From the NCBI GenBank assembly GCA_036676805.1, contig JAKFCD010000004.1, forward strand, positions 17,687 to 81,686: a stretch of DNA of 64,000 nt, written 5' to 3'. How positions within the stretch are numbered: the stretch's first letter is position 1; each line of letters begins with the position of its first letter. The notes under the pieces were generated by a model that was not told the origin of the DNA, did no database searches, and saw nothing but the letters and a program-made list of their open reading frames with translations. Made by a program: the position numbers and the translations under genes. This document shows positions 32,075 through 41,907 of the stretch, in pieces. The stretch comes from Elusimicrobiota bacterium (GTDB lineage: Bacteria > Elusimicrobiota > Elusimicrobia > UBA1565 > UBA9628).

Positions 32075-33313
32075 ATGGAAGGCTTATTCTGGTGGGCCGC
32101 GGCCTTGTGCGTCGTCCTCCTGGCCGCCCTCGCCCTCACCCTTCGCCGGCTCTATTCCTTAGAAGCCTCCCGGCCCGCCAGCGCCCCCGCTCCGGCGGCC
32201 GCGCGCGCCCCCGAAGGGTGGAGCAAGCTCGACGAGCTCCTGAACATGCTGCTCGCCCTCCAGGAGAACGGCGTCTCCCACTCGGGCGCCATCTCCCGGG
32301 AGGAGTTCGGCCGGGCGGTCCTCGACTGCGCCTGCCAGCTCATGAAGTGCGACCGCGGCTCGGTAATGAACTGGGATGAAAAAGAGGGCTGCCTCAAAAT
32401 CGTCGCCGCCCGAAGCCTCCTGGCCCAGGACGCCCAGAAGCTCTTCCTCCGCCCGGGGGAGGGCGTCGCCGGAAAGGCCTTCGCTTCCGGCCAGCCCATC
32501 TTCGTCGCCGACCCGGCCAACGACCCGCGCTACCTCGCCCCCGCCTCCGGCGACGTCGAGCCCTTCGTTTCCATCCCGTTGCTGGTCAAGGGCAAGCCCA
32601 TCGGCGTCCTCAATCTGCACGCGAAGGTCGGCGCGGAGCCCTTCAGCGACTACAACGTCAAATTCCTCAGCATACTCGCCGGCGAGGCCGCCGTCATGCT
32701 CCACAACATGGACATGTTCGACAACCTCCAGATCTTCTATCTCGAGATGGTGCAGACCTTGGCCCGCGCCGTGGACTCCAAGGACGCCTATACCGCCGAG
32801 CACTCCGACCGCGCCCGCGTGAAGGCCCGCCGCGTCGCCCAGGAGATGGGCCTGCCCGATCCGATGGTCCGCCACGTCGAGTACGCCGCGCTCCTGCACG
32901 ACATCGGCAAGATCGGCATCGACGAGGCCATCCTCCTCAAGCCCGGCAAGCTCACGCCCGAGGAATACGAGGAGATGAAGAAGCACCCCATCATCGGCCA
33001 CCAGATCCTCGCCCCGGTCAAATACCTCGGCCCCGTCGCCCAGATGGTCCTCTACCACCAGGAGTGGTTCGACGGAAGAGGTTATCCCGAAGGGCTGAAG
33101 GGCGAGCAAATCCCGCTCGGCGCGAGGATCGTCGCGTGTCTCGACGCCTGGGACGCCATGATGAGCGACCGCCCCTACCGCAAGGCTCTCGGCCGCGACA
33201 TCGCTTTGGGCGAACTGAAGAAGGGCGCCGGCACCCAATTCGACCCCAAGGTCGTGGAGACCTTCATGCGTTTGGAGCTCTCCGAGTGGTCGCGCGAGCC
33301 GGCGGCGCATTAA
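32075..33313 (+). CDS. Membrane-anchored GAF plus HD-GYP domain protein (putative c-di-GMP phosphodiesterase)
   Basis: 412 aa with an N-terminal TM helix, a GAF domain, and HD-GYP motifs HDIGK and HHQEWFDGRGYP. Confidence 0.85.
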   Translation: MEGLFWWAAALCVVLLAALALTLRRLYSLEASRPASAPAPAAARAPEGWSKLDELLNMLLALQENGVSHSGAISREEFGRAVLDCACQLMKCDRGSVMNWDEKEGCLKIVAARSLLAQDAQKLFLRPGEGVAGKAFASGQPIFVADPANDPRYLAPASGDVEPFVSIPLLVKGKPIGVLNLHAKVGAEPFSDYNVKFLSILAGEAAVMLHNMDMFDNLQIFYLEMVQTLARAVDSKDAYTAEHSDRARVKARRVAQEMGLPDPMVRHVEYAALLHDIGKIGIDEAILLKPGKLTPEEYEEMKKHPIIGHQILAPVKYLGPVAQMVLYHQEWFDGRGYPEGLKGEQIPLGARIVACLDAWDAMMSDRPYRKALGRDIALGELKKGAGTQFDPKVVETFMRLELSEWSREPAAH

Positions 33314-33996
33314 TGCTCTATGTGGTTCCCACGCCGCTAGGCAACCTGGAAGACATGACCGCACGGGCGTTAAGGATTTTGAAGGAATCAAAAGTGGTGT
33401 TCTGCGAGGACACGCGCCGGACAAGAAATTTGATGAGCCATTTCGGATTAAGCATTCCCCTCGAGCGCTACGATGAAAACGATCCGCGTTCGGTGGATAA
33501 GCTTTTAGAGCGAGTCCGCCGAGGCGACGAGGTCAGCTTGGTGTCCGACGGCGGATTGCCCGGCGTGTCGGATCCCGGCCGCAAGGCGGTCGCCGCAGCG
33601 CGAAGAGAAGGTTTGCCCGTCACCGCGCTGCCCGGCCCCTGCGCCGTCGCGACCGCCGTCGCGGGTTCCGGTCTGCCCGGCGATTCGTTTTTATTCCTTG
33701 GATTTCTGCCAAGGACGTCGTCCAAGCGCCGCAAGGCGCTTGAAGCTTCAAAGCTGTTGGACCGCACGATCGTTATTTACGAATCCCCATTCAGGGTTCT
33801 AGAACTGCTCGAGGACGTCATAATGTCCGTCGGAGCGAGCGCCCAAGTCGTTGCCGTTCGCGAATTATCCAAGGTCCACGAGGAATGGATTCGGGGGACC
33901 GCATCGGCGGTGCGCGACGCCCTCGCCGCCAAGCCCGAGATCCTCGGCGAGTTCGTCGTCGTCGTACACCCCGACCCCGAGCCCCCCCATGCCTGA
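33313..33996 (+). CDS. rsmI: 16S rRNA (cytidine1402-2'-O)-methyltransferase
   Basis: 227 aa from MLYVVPTPLGNLEDMTARA, with a tetrapyrrole-methylase-like fold. TAATG overlap with the upstream stop. Confidence 0.85.
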   Translation: MLYVVPTPLGNLEDMTARALRILKESKVVFCEDTRRTRNLMSHFGLSIPLERYDENDPRSVDKLLERVRRGDEVSLVSDGGLPGVSDPGRKAVAAARREGLPVTALPGPCAVATAVAGSGLPGDSFLFLGFLPRTSSKRRKALEASKLLDRTIVIYESPFRVLELLEDVIMSVGASAQVVAVRELSKVHEEWIRGTASAVRDALAAKPEILGEFVVVVHPDPEPPHA

Positions 33997-34618
33997 GTCC
34001 CTCCCCCTCTCGAACGGCGCCCTCACCCCCGACCAGGCCTCCCGCGCCGGCGCCGCCGGAAAATCCTGCAAGCTCGTCGCCTTCCCCACGGAGTCCTCCT
34101 ACGCCGTCGGCTCGACCGGCTTGATCAAGGCCGCCACCCGCCGTCTCCTCCAGGTCAAGGAGCGCTCGACTTTGAGGCCCCTCGCCGTCATGATCCACTC
34201 GACCGAAGCCGCCAAGCAGTGGGTGGAATGGACCCCGCTCGCCGAAGTCCTCGCGGCGAAGTTCTGGCCCGGCCCCCTCCTGCTTCTGCTCAAGCCCACG
34301 GCCCAGGGCCGCCTTCTGACCTTCCCTGAATACCCGACCGTCGCGATCCGCGTTCCCGCGCACGCCGCCGCCCGCGCGATGATCGAGGCCTCGGCCGTTC
34401 CCTGGATCTACACCAGCGCCAACAAGTCCGGCCTCCCCGCCAAGCTCGACGCCGCGTCCGTCCTCGCCGAGCTCGGGCCCGACCTCGACCTCCTCCTCGA
34501 CGGCGGCGCCGTGCCGGGCGGCGAGGAGACCATCGTGGACGCCACGGGCGACAAGCCCCGCGTGACCAAGACCGGGCTGATCCCCGCCGAGGCGATCCTC
34601 GAGGCGGTGGCGGCATGA
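33989..34618 (+). CDS. tsaC: L-threonylcarbamoyladenylate synthase (YrdC/Sua5 family)
   Basis: 209 aa containing a YrdC domain (...SSYAVGS...RVPAHAAARAMIEA...). Confidence 0.8.
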   Translation: MPESLPLSNGALTPDQASRAGAAGKSCKLVAFPTESSYAVGSTGLIKAATRRLLQVKERSTLRPLAVMIHSTEAAKQWVEWTPLAEVLAAKFWPGPLLLLLKPTAQGRLLTFPEYPTVAIRVPAHAAARAMIEASAVPWIYTSANKSGLPAKLDAASVLAELGPDLDLLLDGGAVPGGEETIVDATGDKPRVTKTGLIPAEAILEAVAA

Positions 34619-35085
34619 TCAAATCCGTTCTGTTCGTCTGCACCGGCAACACCTGCCGCTCGCCTTTAGCCGAGCATCTCTTCGTCAAGCTTTCCCGTGA
34701 AGCCGGCCTTTCCATGACCGCCGCCTCCGCCGGCACGCAGGCGGCCTACGGCATGCCGCTGTCCCGCGGCGCCGCCGCCGTCTTCGCCGAGCGGGGCCTA
34801 GGCGCCGCCTCGCACCGCGCCCGCCGCGTCGACAAGGCGCTCCTCGACGCCGCCGAGGCCGTCTACGTGATGGAGCGCGCGCACCGCGACGAGCTCGCCA
34901 AGCGCTTCCCCGACGCCAAGGCCAAGCTCTTCGTCCTGCGCGAGGCCGCCGGCCTGGCACCCGCCGACGTGGAGGACCCCGTCGGCGCCGACGCCGCGGA
35001 ATACCGGGCGTGCGCCGCCTCGATCGAGGAGGCTCTCGCCATCATCGTTCTTAGGGAGAAAGAAAACCATGCCCACGCTCGCTGA
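34615..35085 (+). CDS. Low-molecular-weight protein tyrosine phosphatase
   Basis: 156 aa. The P-loop reads [16 protein letters not shown] (CX4CRS) and a DP acid loop is present. Confidence 0.8.
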   Translation: MIKSVLFVCTGNTCRSPLAEHLFVKLSREAGLSMTAASAGTQAAYGMPLSRGAAAVFAERGLGAASHRARRVDKALLDAAEAVYVMERAHRDELAKRFPDAKAKLFVLREAAGLAPADVEDPVGADAAEYRACAASIEEALAIIVLREKENHAHAR

Positions 35086-36334
35086 GCAGGACCCCGAGCT
35101 GTACGCGTCGATCGCGCGCGAGGCGCGCCGCCAGTCCGACAACCTCGAGCTTATCGCCTCGGAGAACTACACCTCCGAGGCCGTGATGGAAGCCCAGGGC
35201 TCCCTGCTGACCAACAAGTACGCCGAGGGCTATCCCGGGAAGCGGTACTACGGCGGCTGCGAGTTCGTCGACCAGGCCGAGACGCTCGCCATCGAGCGCG
35301 CCAAGAAGCTCTTCGGCGCCGAGCACGTCAACGTCCAGCCGCACTCCGGCTCCCAGGCCAACATGGCCATGTATCTGTCGGTGCTCAAGCCCGGCGACGG
35401 CGTGATGGGCCTCAACCTCGCGCACGGGGGCCACCTGTCCCACGGGCACCCGATGAACTTCTCCGGAAAGTACTACAAGATCATCCCGATAAACGTGCGC
35501 AAGGACGACGAACTGATCGATTACGATCAGGCCGAGAAAGACGCCCGGGAGCAGAAGCCGCGCATCCTTTTCGTGGGCGCCTCGAACTACTCGCGCGTCA
35601 TCGACTGGGCCCGTCTCAAGAAGATCGCCGACGAGAACGGCGCCCTCTTCGCCGCCGACATCGCGCATTACGCGGGCCTCGTCGCCGCGGGCGTCTATCC
35701 TTCGCCGGTGGGATTGGCGGACTTTACGACGACCACCACGCACAAAACCCTCAGGGGACCGCGCGGCGGCATGGTGATGTGCAAGTCGGCCCACGCCAAG
35801 GCGCTTGACTCGAGCGTGTTTCCCGGCGAGCAGGGCGGGCCTTTGATGCATGTCATCGCCGCGAAGGCCGTCTGCTTCGGCGAGGCGCTCAGGCCCGAGT
35901 TCAAGCTGTACCAGACTTCGGTGATCGCCAACGCCCGGCGCCTCTCGAAAGCCCTGTCCGACCGGGGCCTTCGCATCGTCGCCGGCGGCACCGACTGCCA
36001 CCTTTTCTCCGTGGACCTTCGCCCGAAGAACGCGACGGGCAAGGAGGCCGAGGAGGCGCTCGACAAGGCCGGCATCACGGTCAACAAGAACGCGATACCC
36101 TACGATCCCCAGAAGCCGTTCATCGCCTCCGGCGTGCGCATCGGCACGCCCGCGATCACGACGCGCGGGATGGGCGAGGCGGAGATGGACGAGGTGGCCT
36201 CGCTCATCGACGACGCGCTCAAGGTCCGGACCGACGACGCGGCGCTCGGGCGGGTCAAGCAGGGCGTCACCGCCCTGTGCCGCCGCTTCCCGATATATCC
36301 GTCGATCATGGAGAAGCTGCTCACGGCCAAATGA
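35069..36334 (+). CDS. glyA: Serine hydroxymethyltransferase
   Basis: 421 aa. The PLP-lysine motif [11 protein letters not shown] is present. Confidence 0.95.
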   Translation: MPTLAEQDPELYASIAREARRQSDNLELIASENYTSEAVMEAQGSLLTNKYAEGYPGKRYYGGCEFVDQAETLAIERAKKLFGAEHVNVQPHSGSQANMAMYLSVLKPGDGVMGLNLAHGGHLSHGHPMNFSGKYYKIIPINVRKDDELIDYDQAEKDAREQKPRILFVGASNYSRVIDWARLKKIADENGALFAADIAHYAGLVAAGVYPSPVGLADFTTTTTHKTLRGPRGGMVMCKSAHAKALDSSVFPGEQGGPLMHVIAAKAVCFGEALRPEFKLYQTSVIANARRLSKALSDRGLRIVAGGTDCHLFSVDLRPKNATGKEAEEALDKAGITVNKNAIPYDPQKPFIASGVRIGTPAITTRGMGEAEMDEVASLIDDALKVRTDDAALGRVKQGVTALCRRFPIYPSIMEKLLTAK

Positions 36335-36714
36335 TCGCGCAAATCCTGATCGCCGACGACAACCCGGACATCACCGGCCTCCTGAACGACTACCTGACGT
36401 CCAAGGGCAACCGCGTGATCGTCGTCAGCGACGGCTATCAGCTCGCCCAAAAGGCCGGCGAGCACCGGCCGCACCTGATCCTCACCGACATCCAGATGCC
36501 GGGCGCGTACGGCTCGTCGGCCTACCAGGTCCTCCAGAAGGACGAGGCCACGAAGAACATCCCCGTGATCTTCATGTCGGCCCATCCTTACGCCAAGCTC
36601 GAGAAGCTCCTGCCCAAGGATCCGAAAACCCGCTTCGTCCAGAAGCCCGTCAACCTCGACACGCTCTACGCGCTCATCAAGGAGCTCCTGCCCCTCGGAG
36701 GGTACTGCCCGTGA
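36331..36714 (+). CDS. Single-domain response regulator (CheY-like receiver)
   Basis: 127 aa from [15 protein letters not shown], with ...[10 protein letters not shown]... marking the phospho-acceptor Asp region. ATGA overlap with the glyA stop. Confidence 0.7.
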   Translation: MIAQILIADDNPDITGLLNDYLTSKGNRVIVVSDGYQLAQKAGEHRPHLILTDIQMPGAYGSSAYQVLQKDEATKNIPVIFMSAHPYAKLEKLLPKDPKTRFVQKPVNLDTLYALIKELLPLGGYCP

Positions 36715-37583
36715 AGAAAAGCAAGACTTACGCGAAGGTCGGAGTCATCGGAGGCAGCGGACTCTACTCCTCCGACGCGATCGAGAACCCCCGCGAGCTG
36801 CGCCTGAAGACGCCGTTCGGGGCGCACTCCGGGCCCATCACCTTGGGCGACCTCGAGGGCGTCCCGTGCGCCTTCCTCCCGCGCCACGGCAAGGGCCATG
36901 TCGTCACCCCGACCGAGATCAACCAGCGCGCCAACATGTGGGCGCTTAAATCCCTCGGCGTGGAGCGCGTGCTGGCCTTCAGCGCGGTCGGCTCCCTGAA
37001 GGAGGAGTTGGCTCCGCGGACCTTCGTGTTCCCCGACCAGCTGGTGGACCGGACCAAGGACCGCGTGCAGACGTTCTTCGGCAACGGCCTGGTCGCCCAC
37101 ATCGCCCTGAACCCTCCCTTCGCCCCGGAGCAGAACCGCATCGTCTACGACTGCGCCAAGGAGCTCGGCATCAAGTCCGTTTTAGGCGGCACCTACTGCT
37201 GCATGGAGGGCCCGGCGTTCTCGACCAAGGCCGAGAGCGAGATGCATCGCTCCTTCGGCTGGTCCTTGATCGGCATGACCGCAGCCACCGAGGCCAAGCT
37301 CGCCCGCGAGGCCGAGCTCGTCTACTCGCAGGCCGCGATGGTCACGGACTACGACTGCTGGAAGGAGGGCGAGGAGGTCCACACCGAGATGGTCGTGGCC
37401 AACCTGCACGCGAACTCGGCCAACGCGCAGAAGCTGATGCGCCTGGCCGTGCCCCGCATCGCCGCGGCTCCCCTCGAGCCGGCCTTCTCCGAAGCCCTCA
37501 AGGGCGCGCTGTTCACCGCCCCCGAGGCGCGCAGCAAGGCGGCGCTCAAGAAGCTCGAACTGCTCGTGAGGAAATACCTCTAA
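36711..37583 (+). CDS. mtnP: S-methyl-5'-thioadenosine phosphorylase
   Basis: 290 aa of PNP family 2 (...VIGGSGLY...GMTAATEAKLAREAEL...). Confidence 0.85.
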   Translation: MKKSKTYAKVGVIGGSGLYSSDAIENPRELRLKTPFGAHSGPITLGDLEGVPCAFLPRHGKGHVVTPTEINQRANMWALKSLGVERVLAFSAVGSLKEELAPRTFVFPDQLVDRTKDRVQTFFGNGLVAHIALNPPFAPEQNRIVYDCAKELGIKSVLGGTYCCMEGPAFSTKAESEMHRSFGWSLIGMTAATEAKLAREAELVYSQAAMVTDYDCWKEGEEVHTEMVVANLHANSANAQKLMRLAVPRIAAAPLEPAFSEALKGALFTAPEARSKAALKKLELLVRKYL

Positions 37584-38065
37584 TGGCCAAGAACTCCAAG
37601 CGCTCCGTCGAACGGCTCATCGAGACCGCCGTGCAGGCGCAGAAGCGGGCCTACTGCCCCTATTCGCGCTACCCCGTCGGCGCCGCCGTGCTCACCGCGG
37701 GCGGCCGGGTGTTTCCCGGCTGCAACGTGGAGAACGCGAGCTACGGCCTGGCGATGTGCGCCGAGCGCGCCGCGATCTACCACGCGGTCGCCAGCGGCCA
37801 CGACTCGATCCGGGCCGTCGCCGTCGTCGGCGCCGCGGCCAAGCCCTGCGGAGCGTGCCGGCAGGTCATGCACGAGTTCAGCGACAAGGACACCGACATC
37901 TATCTCGTCGACCTGAATCCGGCCACCGGGCGCCGCAGCGTCCTCAAGACGACGGTCTACAAGCTCCTGCCCCTGGCCTTCGATCCGCTCGCCTCCGGCC
38001 TGCTGCCCAAGAACCCGCGGAACCTGCTGCGACGCAAGACCGGGAAACCCAAGAAGAGGAAATGA
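37583..38065 (+). CDS. cdd: Cytidine deaminase
   Basis: 160 aa. The zinc ligands CAERAA and PCGACRQ are present. Confidence 0.85.
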   Translation: MAKNSKRSVERLIETAVQAQKRAYCPYSRYPVGAAVLTAGGRVFPGCNVENASYGLAMCAERAAIYHAVASGHDSIRAVAVVGAAAKPCGACRQVMHEFSDKDTDIYLVDLNPATGRRSVLKTTVYKLLPLAFDPLASGLLPKNPRNLLRRKTGKPKKRK

Positions 38066-38463
38066 CCATGGACGCTTCTCCTATAAAAAAAATAGCCGAT
38101 TGGATGAAGTCCGCCGATCTCGCCGAGGTCGCCTACCGCAAGGGCGGCACGGGCTTCTCCCTGACCGCCCTCGGAGCGGGCGACCACCCCACGCTCTCCG
38201 CCCCGCCGATGCCCGCCGGGCGCTTCGCGTCCGTCGCGAGCGACGGCGTCGGCGTTTTCCAGTGGAGCGAGCCCGGCAAGGCTCGCAGGACCGAGGAAGG
38301 CGTCGAGCTCGCCGCCGGCGACGTCGTCGGGCTGATCGTGACCGGGTCGGGAGCGTCCAGGCCCGTCGTCTCGCCCCACGCCGGCCGCGTCGCGAAAATC
38401 TTCATCGAGGCGGGGCAGGCCGTGGAGTACGGCCAGCCGATCCTCCTGCTCGAGACCCGCTGA
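38062..38463 (+). CDS. Biotin carboxyl carrier protein (AccB) homolog that lacks the biotinylated lysine (BADC-like)
   Basis: 134 aa. The N-terminus is AccB-like (PIKKIADWMKSADLAEVAY) and a C-terminal biotinyl/lipoyl hammerhead is present. The EAMKM position reads GLIVTGSGASRP, so no Lys is available for biotinylation. Confidence 0.6.
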   Translation: MTMDASPIKKIADWMKSADLAEVAYRKGGTGFSLTALGAGDHPTLSAPPMPAGRFASVASDGVGVFQWSEPGKARRTEEGVELAAGDVVGLIVTGSGASRPVVSPHAGRVAKIFIEAGQAVEYGQPILLLETR

Positions 38464-39836
38464 TGTCAAACGCCGCGATCTTGTGCACGCAGTGCGGGGC
38501 CGCCTCGGCGACCCCGCTCTCGCAGTGCGCGAAATGCGGCGGCAAGAACTCCCGCGTGTGCGGGGGCTGCGGCTTCCAGAACTCGCTCGCCAAGAATTAC
38601 TGCGACAAGTGCGGAAACCCGATCTCGGAGATCGGGCCCGTCGTGGCGCCTCCGCCCCCGACGGCCGTGCCGGACGCGCCCAAGAACGACATCCCGGCGA
38701 CGGTGGTCAAGCATCTCACCAAGGAGCCGGCGGCCAAAAAGGAAGCGCCGCCTCCCGCTGCCCTGCCGCCGGCTAAGATGAAGGCGCTCGAGCCCGGCAA
38801 GCCCAGCGCGTCGCCGCCGGGCGCCCCCCTGCCCGTCGCGGGCCGCCAGGCCGTCGATCCTTTCGCCGCCTCCTCCGTCTCCAACGACCCTTGGGCCCCC
38901 GTCGCCCCGCCGCAGGCCGAGTTCATCCCCAAGCCCTCCCCCTGGGTCGGGACGGCGCGGCGCGCCGTCACCGTCGCGTTCGCCACCTTCGCCGTCGTCG
39001 CGGCGCTCATCGCCGTCTGGCATTGGACGGAGAACAACAAGCCGGAGAACGCCTCCCGCCGCGCCGCCATCCGCTACCTCGAGGACCTGCGCGCGCGCGA
39101 CTACGCCTCGGCGTACGCCCGGTTCTCCGAGATCGCGCGAAAATACTGCACGCTCGAGGAATTCACCGCCTCCCGCGACACCTCGACCTGGACCTGGTCC
39201 GACCTGCGCATCGATCACATCGAGCCGGGCGCCGTGCTCTTCGCCTATCGCCTCAACGTCGAGGGGCAGCCCTCGCGCGTCGACCGCGTCCTTTTCGTCG
39301 AAGAGAACAAGAACTGGGTCCGTCCCTACAGCTGGGTGCTGATGCGCAAGGTCGAGGATGCCTTCGAGAAAAACAACGCGGACATGGGCCTCGTGCTCGC
39401 TCAGGCCGCCGCGACGGTCAATCCCCGCGACCCGATGGCCCGGGGCTACCTCTGCGAGGCCGCCTATTACCGCAAGTCTCCCGTCGACACCGAGCGGCAG
39501 TGCCTGACCGCGATCGAGCTCTCCCACGTCTACCCCTCGAATCTTTCGCTGAAAAGCCTCTACCATCTGCACGCGATCCTGGCAGACACCTATAAGAACG
39601 CGCTGAATAAGCCGGACCTCGCCCTTGACCAGTTCGCGCAGATGCTGGCCTTCCCGAGCATCTCGCCCGCCGACCAGTGCGAGATCCTGCTCGCGCGCTC
39701 CGAGGCGTACCTGACCCTCAGCCGGCCGGGAGAGGCTCTCGCCGACGCGAACCGCGCCGGCCAACTGTGCGTCCGCCCGCAGGACCTCGCCTACATCGAG
39801 GAGATCCGCCGCAAGCTCAACGCGCCCAACCAATGA
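38463..39836 (+). CDS. Membrane protein with an N-terminal double zinc ribbon, a Pro-rich linker, one TM helix and a C-terminal alpha-helical (TPR-like) domain
   Basis: 457 aa from MSNAAILCTQCGAASATPLSQCAKCGG...CGGCGFQ...CDKCG (four CxxC pairs). The TM helix reads AVTVAFATFAVVAALIAVW. TGATG overlap with the upstream stop. Confidence 0.6.
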   Translation: MSNAAILCTQCGAASATPLSQCAKCGGKNSRVCGGCGFQNSLAKNYCDKCGNPISEIGPVVAPPPPTAVPDAPKNDIPATVVKHLTKEPAAKKEAPPPAALPPAKMKALEPGKPSASPPGAPLPVAGRQAVDPFAASSVSNDPWAPVAPPQAEFIPKPSPWVGTARRAVTVAFATFAVVAALIAVWHWTENNKPENASRRAAIRYLEDLRARDYASAYARFSEIARKYCTLEEFTASRDTSTWTWSDLRIDHIEPGAVLFAYRLNVEGQPSRVDRVLFVEENKNWVRPYSWVLMRKVEDAFEKNNADMGLVLAQAAATVNPRDPMARGYLCEAAYYRKSPVDTERQCLTAIELSHVYPSNLSLKSLYHLHAILADTYKNALNKPDLALDQFAQMLAFPSISPADQCEILLARSEAYLTLSRPGEALADANRAGQLCVRPQDLAYIEEIRRKLNAPNQ

Positions 39837-39850
39837 GGATGACGAGTGAT

Positions 39851-39930
39851 GGTGTCAGGCTTGTCGTTGTTGCAGTATTCCTATCGGTCAATTCCCATTG
39901 GAATACTGCAACAACGACAAGCCTGACACC
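39851..39930. repeat. Perfect 31-bp inverted repeat with an 18-nt loop, flanked by direct repeats of about 12-15 bp (MITE- or REP-like palindromic insertion)
   Basis: The arms are ggtgtcaggcttgtcgttgttgcagtattcc and ggaatactgcaacaacgacaagcctgacacc. The flanking direct repeats caatgaggatga lie at 39831-39842 and 39941-39952. The element is about 48% GC in a 70% GC genome. Confidence 0.6.
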
Positions 39931-39956
39931 GGTTATCGCCCAATGAGGATGATGCC

Positions 39957-41318
39957 ATGTTCAAGAAGATCCTGATCGCCAACCGCTCCGAGATCGCCGT
40001 GCGAGTGATCCGCGCCGCGCGCGAGCTCGGAGTCAAGACCGTCGCCGTCTACTCCGACGCCGACCGCGAGTCGCGCCACATCGGCATGGCCGACGAGGCG
40101 GTCTGCATCGGCCCCGGCCCCTCCAAGCTCTCCTACCTCGACCAGGAGGCGGTGCTCTCGGCGGCGAAGAACACCGGCGCCGACGCCATTCATCCCGGGT
40201 ATGGATTCCTCTCCGAAAACGCCGATTTCTCCGAGCTGTGCGCCGAGCGCGGCATCACCTTCATCGGCCCGCCCCCCGCCGCGAGCCGCAAGCTCGGCTT
40301 CAAGAGCGCGGGCAAGGCCGTCGCGGCGCTCGCCCAGGTCCCCGTCGTGCCGGGGACCGAGGGCGACATCACGACCGACGTCTCCAAGGAGGTGGCCGCG
40401 ATCGGCTATCCCGTCCTCATCAAGGCCTCCGCCGGCGGCGGCGGCAAGGGCATGAGGATCGTCCGGACCCCGGAGGAGCTCAAGCCCCAGCTCGAGGCGG
40501 CCGCCACCGAGGCCAAGGCCGCCTTCGGCGACGGCTCGGTGTTCATCGAGAAGCTCTTGGAGCGGCCCCGTCACGTCGAGATTCAGATCATCGCGGACGG
40601 GTTCGGCAACGTGGTCGCTTTCCCGGAGCGCGACTGCACGGTCCAGCGCCGCCACCAGAAGCTCGTCGAGGAATCCCCGTCTCCGGCGATATCGCCGGAG
40701 ATTCGCCGTAATATGCAGGCGGCCGCCATCCGCCTCGCCAAGGCGGCGGGCTATCAGAACGTGGGCACCGTCGAATTCCTTTTCCAGGACGGGAAGTTCT
40801 ATTTCATCGAAGTGAACGCGCGACTGCAGGTCGAGCATCCCGTGACCGAGGCCGTCGCGGGCGTCGACCTCATGGAGTTAATGATAAAAGTCGCCGCGGG
40901 CGAGAAGCTGCCGTTCGGCCAGGAACGCGCCAGCGAGATCCGCTGCCACGCCATCGAGCATCGCATCAACGCCGAGGACCCCGACAACAACTTCATGCCC
41001 TGCCCGGGCAAGATCGAGAGCATCGAGCTGCCCGGCGGGGCGGGCGTGCGCGTGGACACCCACGTCTACGCCGGCTATACCATCCCCAGCTACTACGACA
41101 GCATGATCGCGAAGCTCATCATCTCGGCGGGCGACCGGCCCGCCGCCCTGCGGCGCTCCCTGAGAGCGCTCGGCGAGCTCAAGATCGCCGGCGTCAAGAC
41201 GACCGCCGGGATGCACGCGAAGGTCGTCTCCCATCCCGTGTTCATGAGCGGGGACTTCGACACCCACTTCATCGAGAAGACCGGCCTGCTCGACAAAAAG
41301 GAGCCCGCCCATGCCTGA
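39957..41318 (+). CDS. accC: Acetyl-CoA carboxylase biotin carboxylase subunit
   Basis: 453 aa. The ATP-grasp motif GGGGKGMRIV and the biotin carboxylase N- and C-terminal domains are present. Confidence 0.95.
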   Translation: MFKKILIANRSEIAVRVIRAARELGVKTVAVYSDADRESRHIGMADEAVCIGPGPSKLSYLDQEAVLSAAKNTGADAIHPGYGFLSENADFSELCAERGITFIGPPPAASRKLGFKSAGKAVAALAQVPVVPGTEGDITTDVSKEVAAIGYPVLIKASAGGGGKGMRIVRTPEELKPQLEAAATEAKAAFGDGSVFIEKLLERPRHVEIQIIADGFGNVVAFPERDCTVQRRHQKLVEESPSPAISPEIRRNMQAAAIRLAKAAGYQNVGTVEFLFQDGKFYFIEVNARLQVEHPVTEAVAGVDLMELMIKVAAGEKLPFGQERASEIRCHAIEHRINAEDPDNNFMPCPGKIESIELPGGAGVRVDTHVYAGYTIPSYYDSMIAKLIISAGDRPAALRRSLRALGELKIAGVKTTAGMHAKVVSHPVFMSGDFDTHFIEKTGLLDKKEPAHA

Positions 41319-41907
41319 TTTCAAGAATACCATCACGGCGCAGCTCAAGGACTCGGCCAAGGTGCTGACGGCGGTCGCCAGGCTGTCCCCCGTCATCGAC
41401 GCGGCCGCCCGGGATCTCCTGCTCGCTTACCGCAACGGCGGTAAGCTTCTGAGTTTCGGCAACGGCGGCTCCTCGTGCGACGCGATCAACTTCGCCGACG
41501 AGCTCACCGGCCGCTACCGCCGCAACCGCCCCGGCCTGCCCGCGATCGCCCTCTCGGCCAACCAGAGCGACCTGACCTCGATCGCCAACGACTTCGGCTT
41601 CGAGCACGTCTTCGAGCGCCCGCTGCGCGCGCTCGGCCGGCCCGGGGACGTCGCCGTCGCCATCTCGACCTCAGGAAACTCCAAGAACGTGCTGAAGGCC
41701 GCCGCCGCCGCCCGCGAGCTCGGCCTGACCGTCATCGGGCTGACCGGCCGGTCCGGAGGAAAGCTCAAGGCCCTGTGCGACCATTGCGTGCGCGTGCCGT
41801 CGGACTCCACGGCGCGCATTCAAGAAGCCCACATCGCGGTCATCCAGATCTGGTGCGGCATACTCGAGGACGAGCTTTTCCCGAACGCGCCTCTCGCCCA
41901 CGGCTGA
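41311..41907 (+). CDS. gmhA: D-sedoheptulose 7-phosphate isomerase (SIS domain)
   Basis: 198 aa. The SIS motif GNGGSSCDAINFA is present. Its start overlaps accC. Confidence 0.85.
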   Translation: MPDFKNTITAQLKDSAKVLTAVARLSPVIDAAARDLLLAYRNGGKLLSFGNGGSSCDAINFADELTGRYRRNRPGLPAIALSANQSDLTSIANDFGFEHVFERPLRALGRPGDVAVAISTSGNSKNVLKAAAAARELGLTVIGLTGRSGGKLKALCDHCVRVPSDSTARIQEAHIAVIQIWCGILEDELFPNAPLAHG

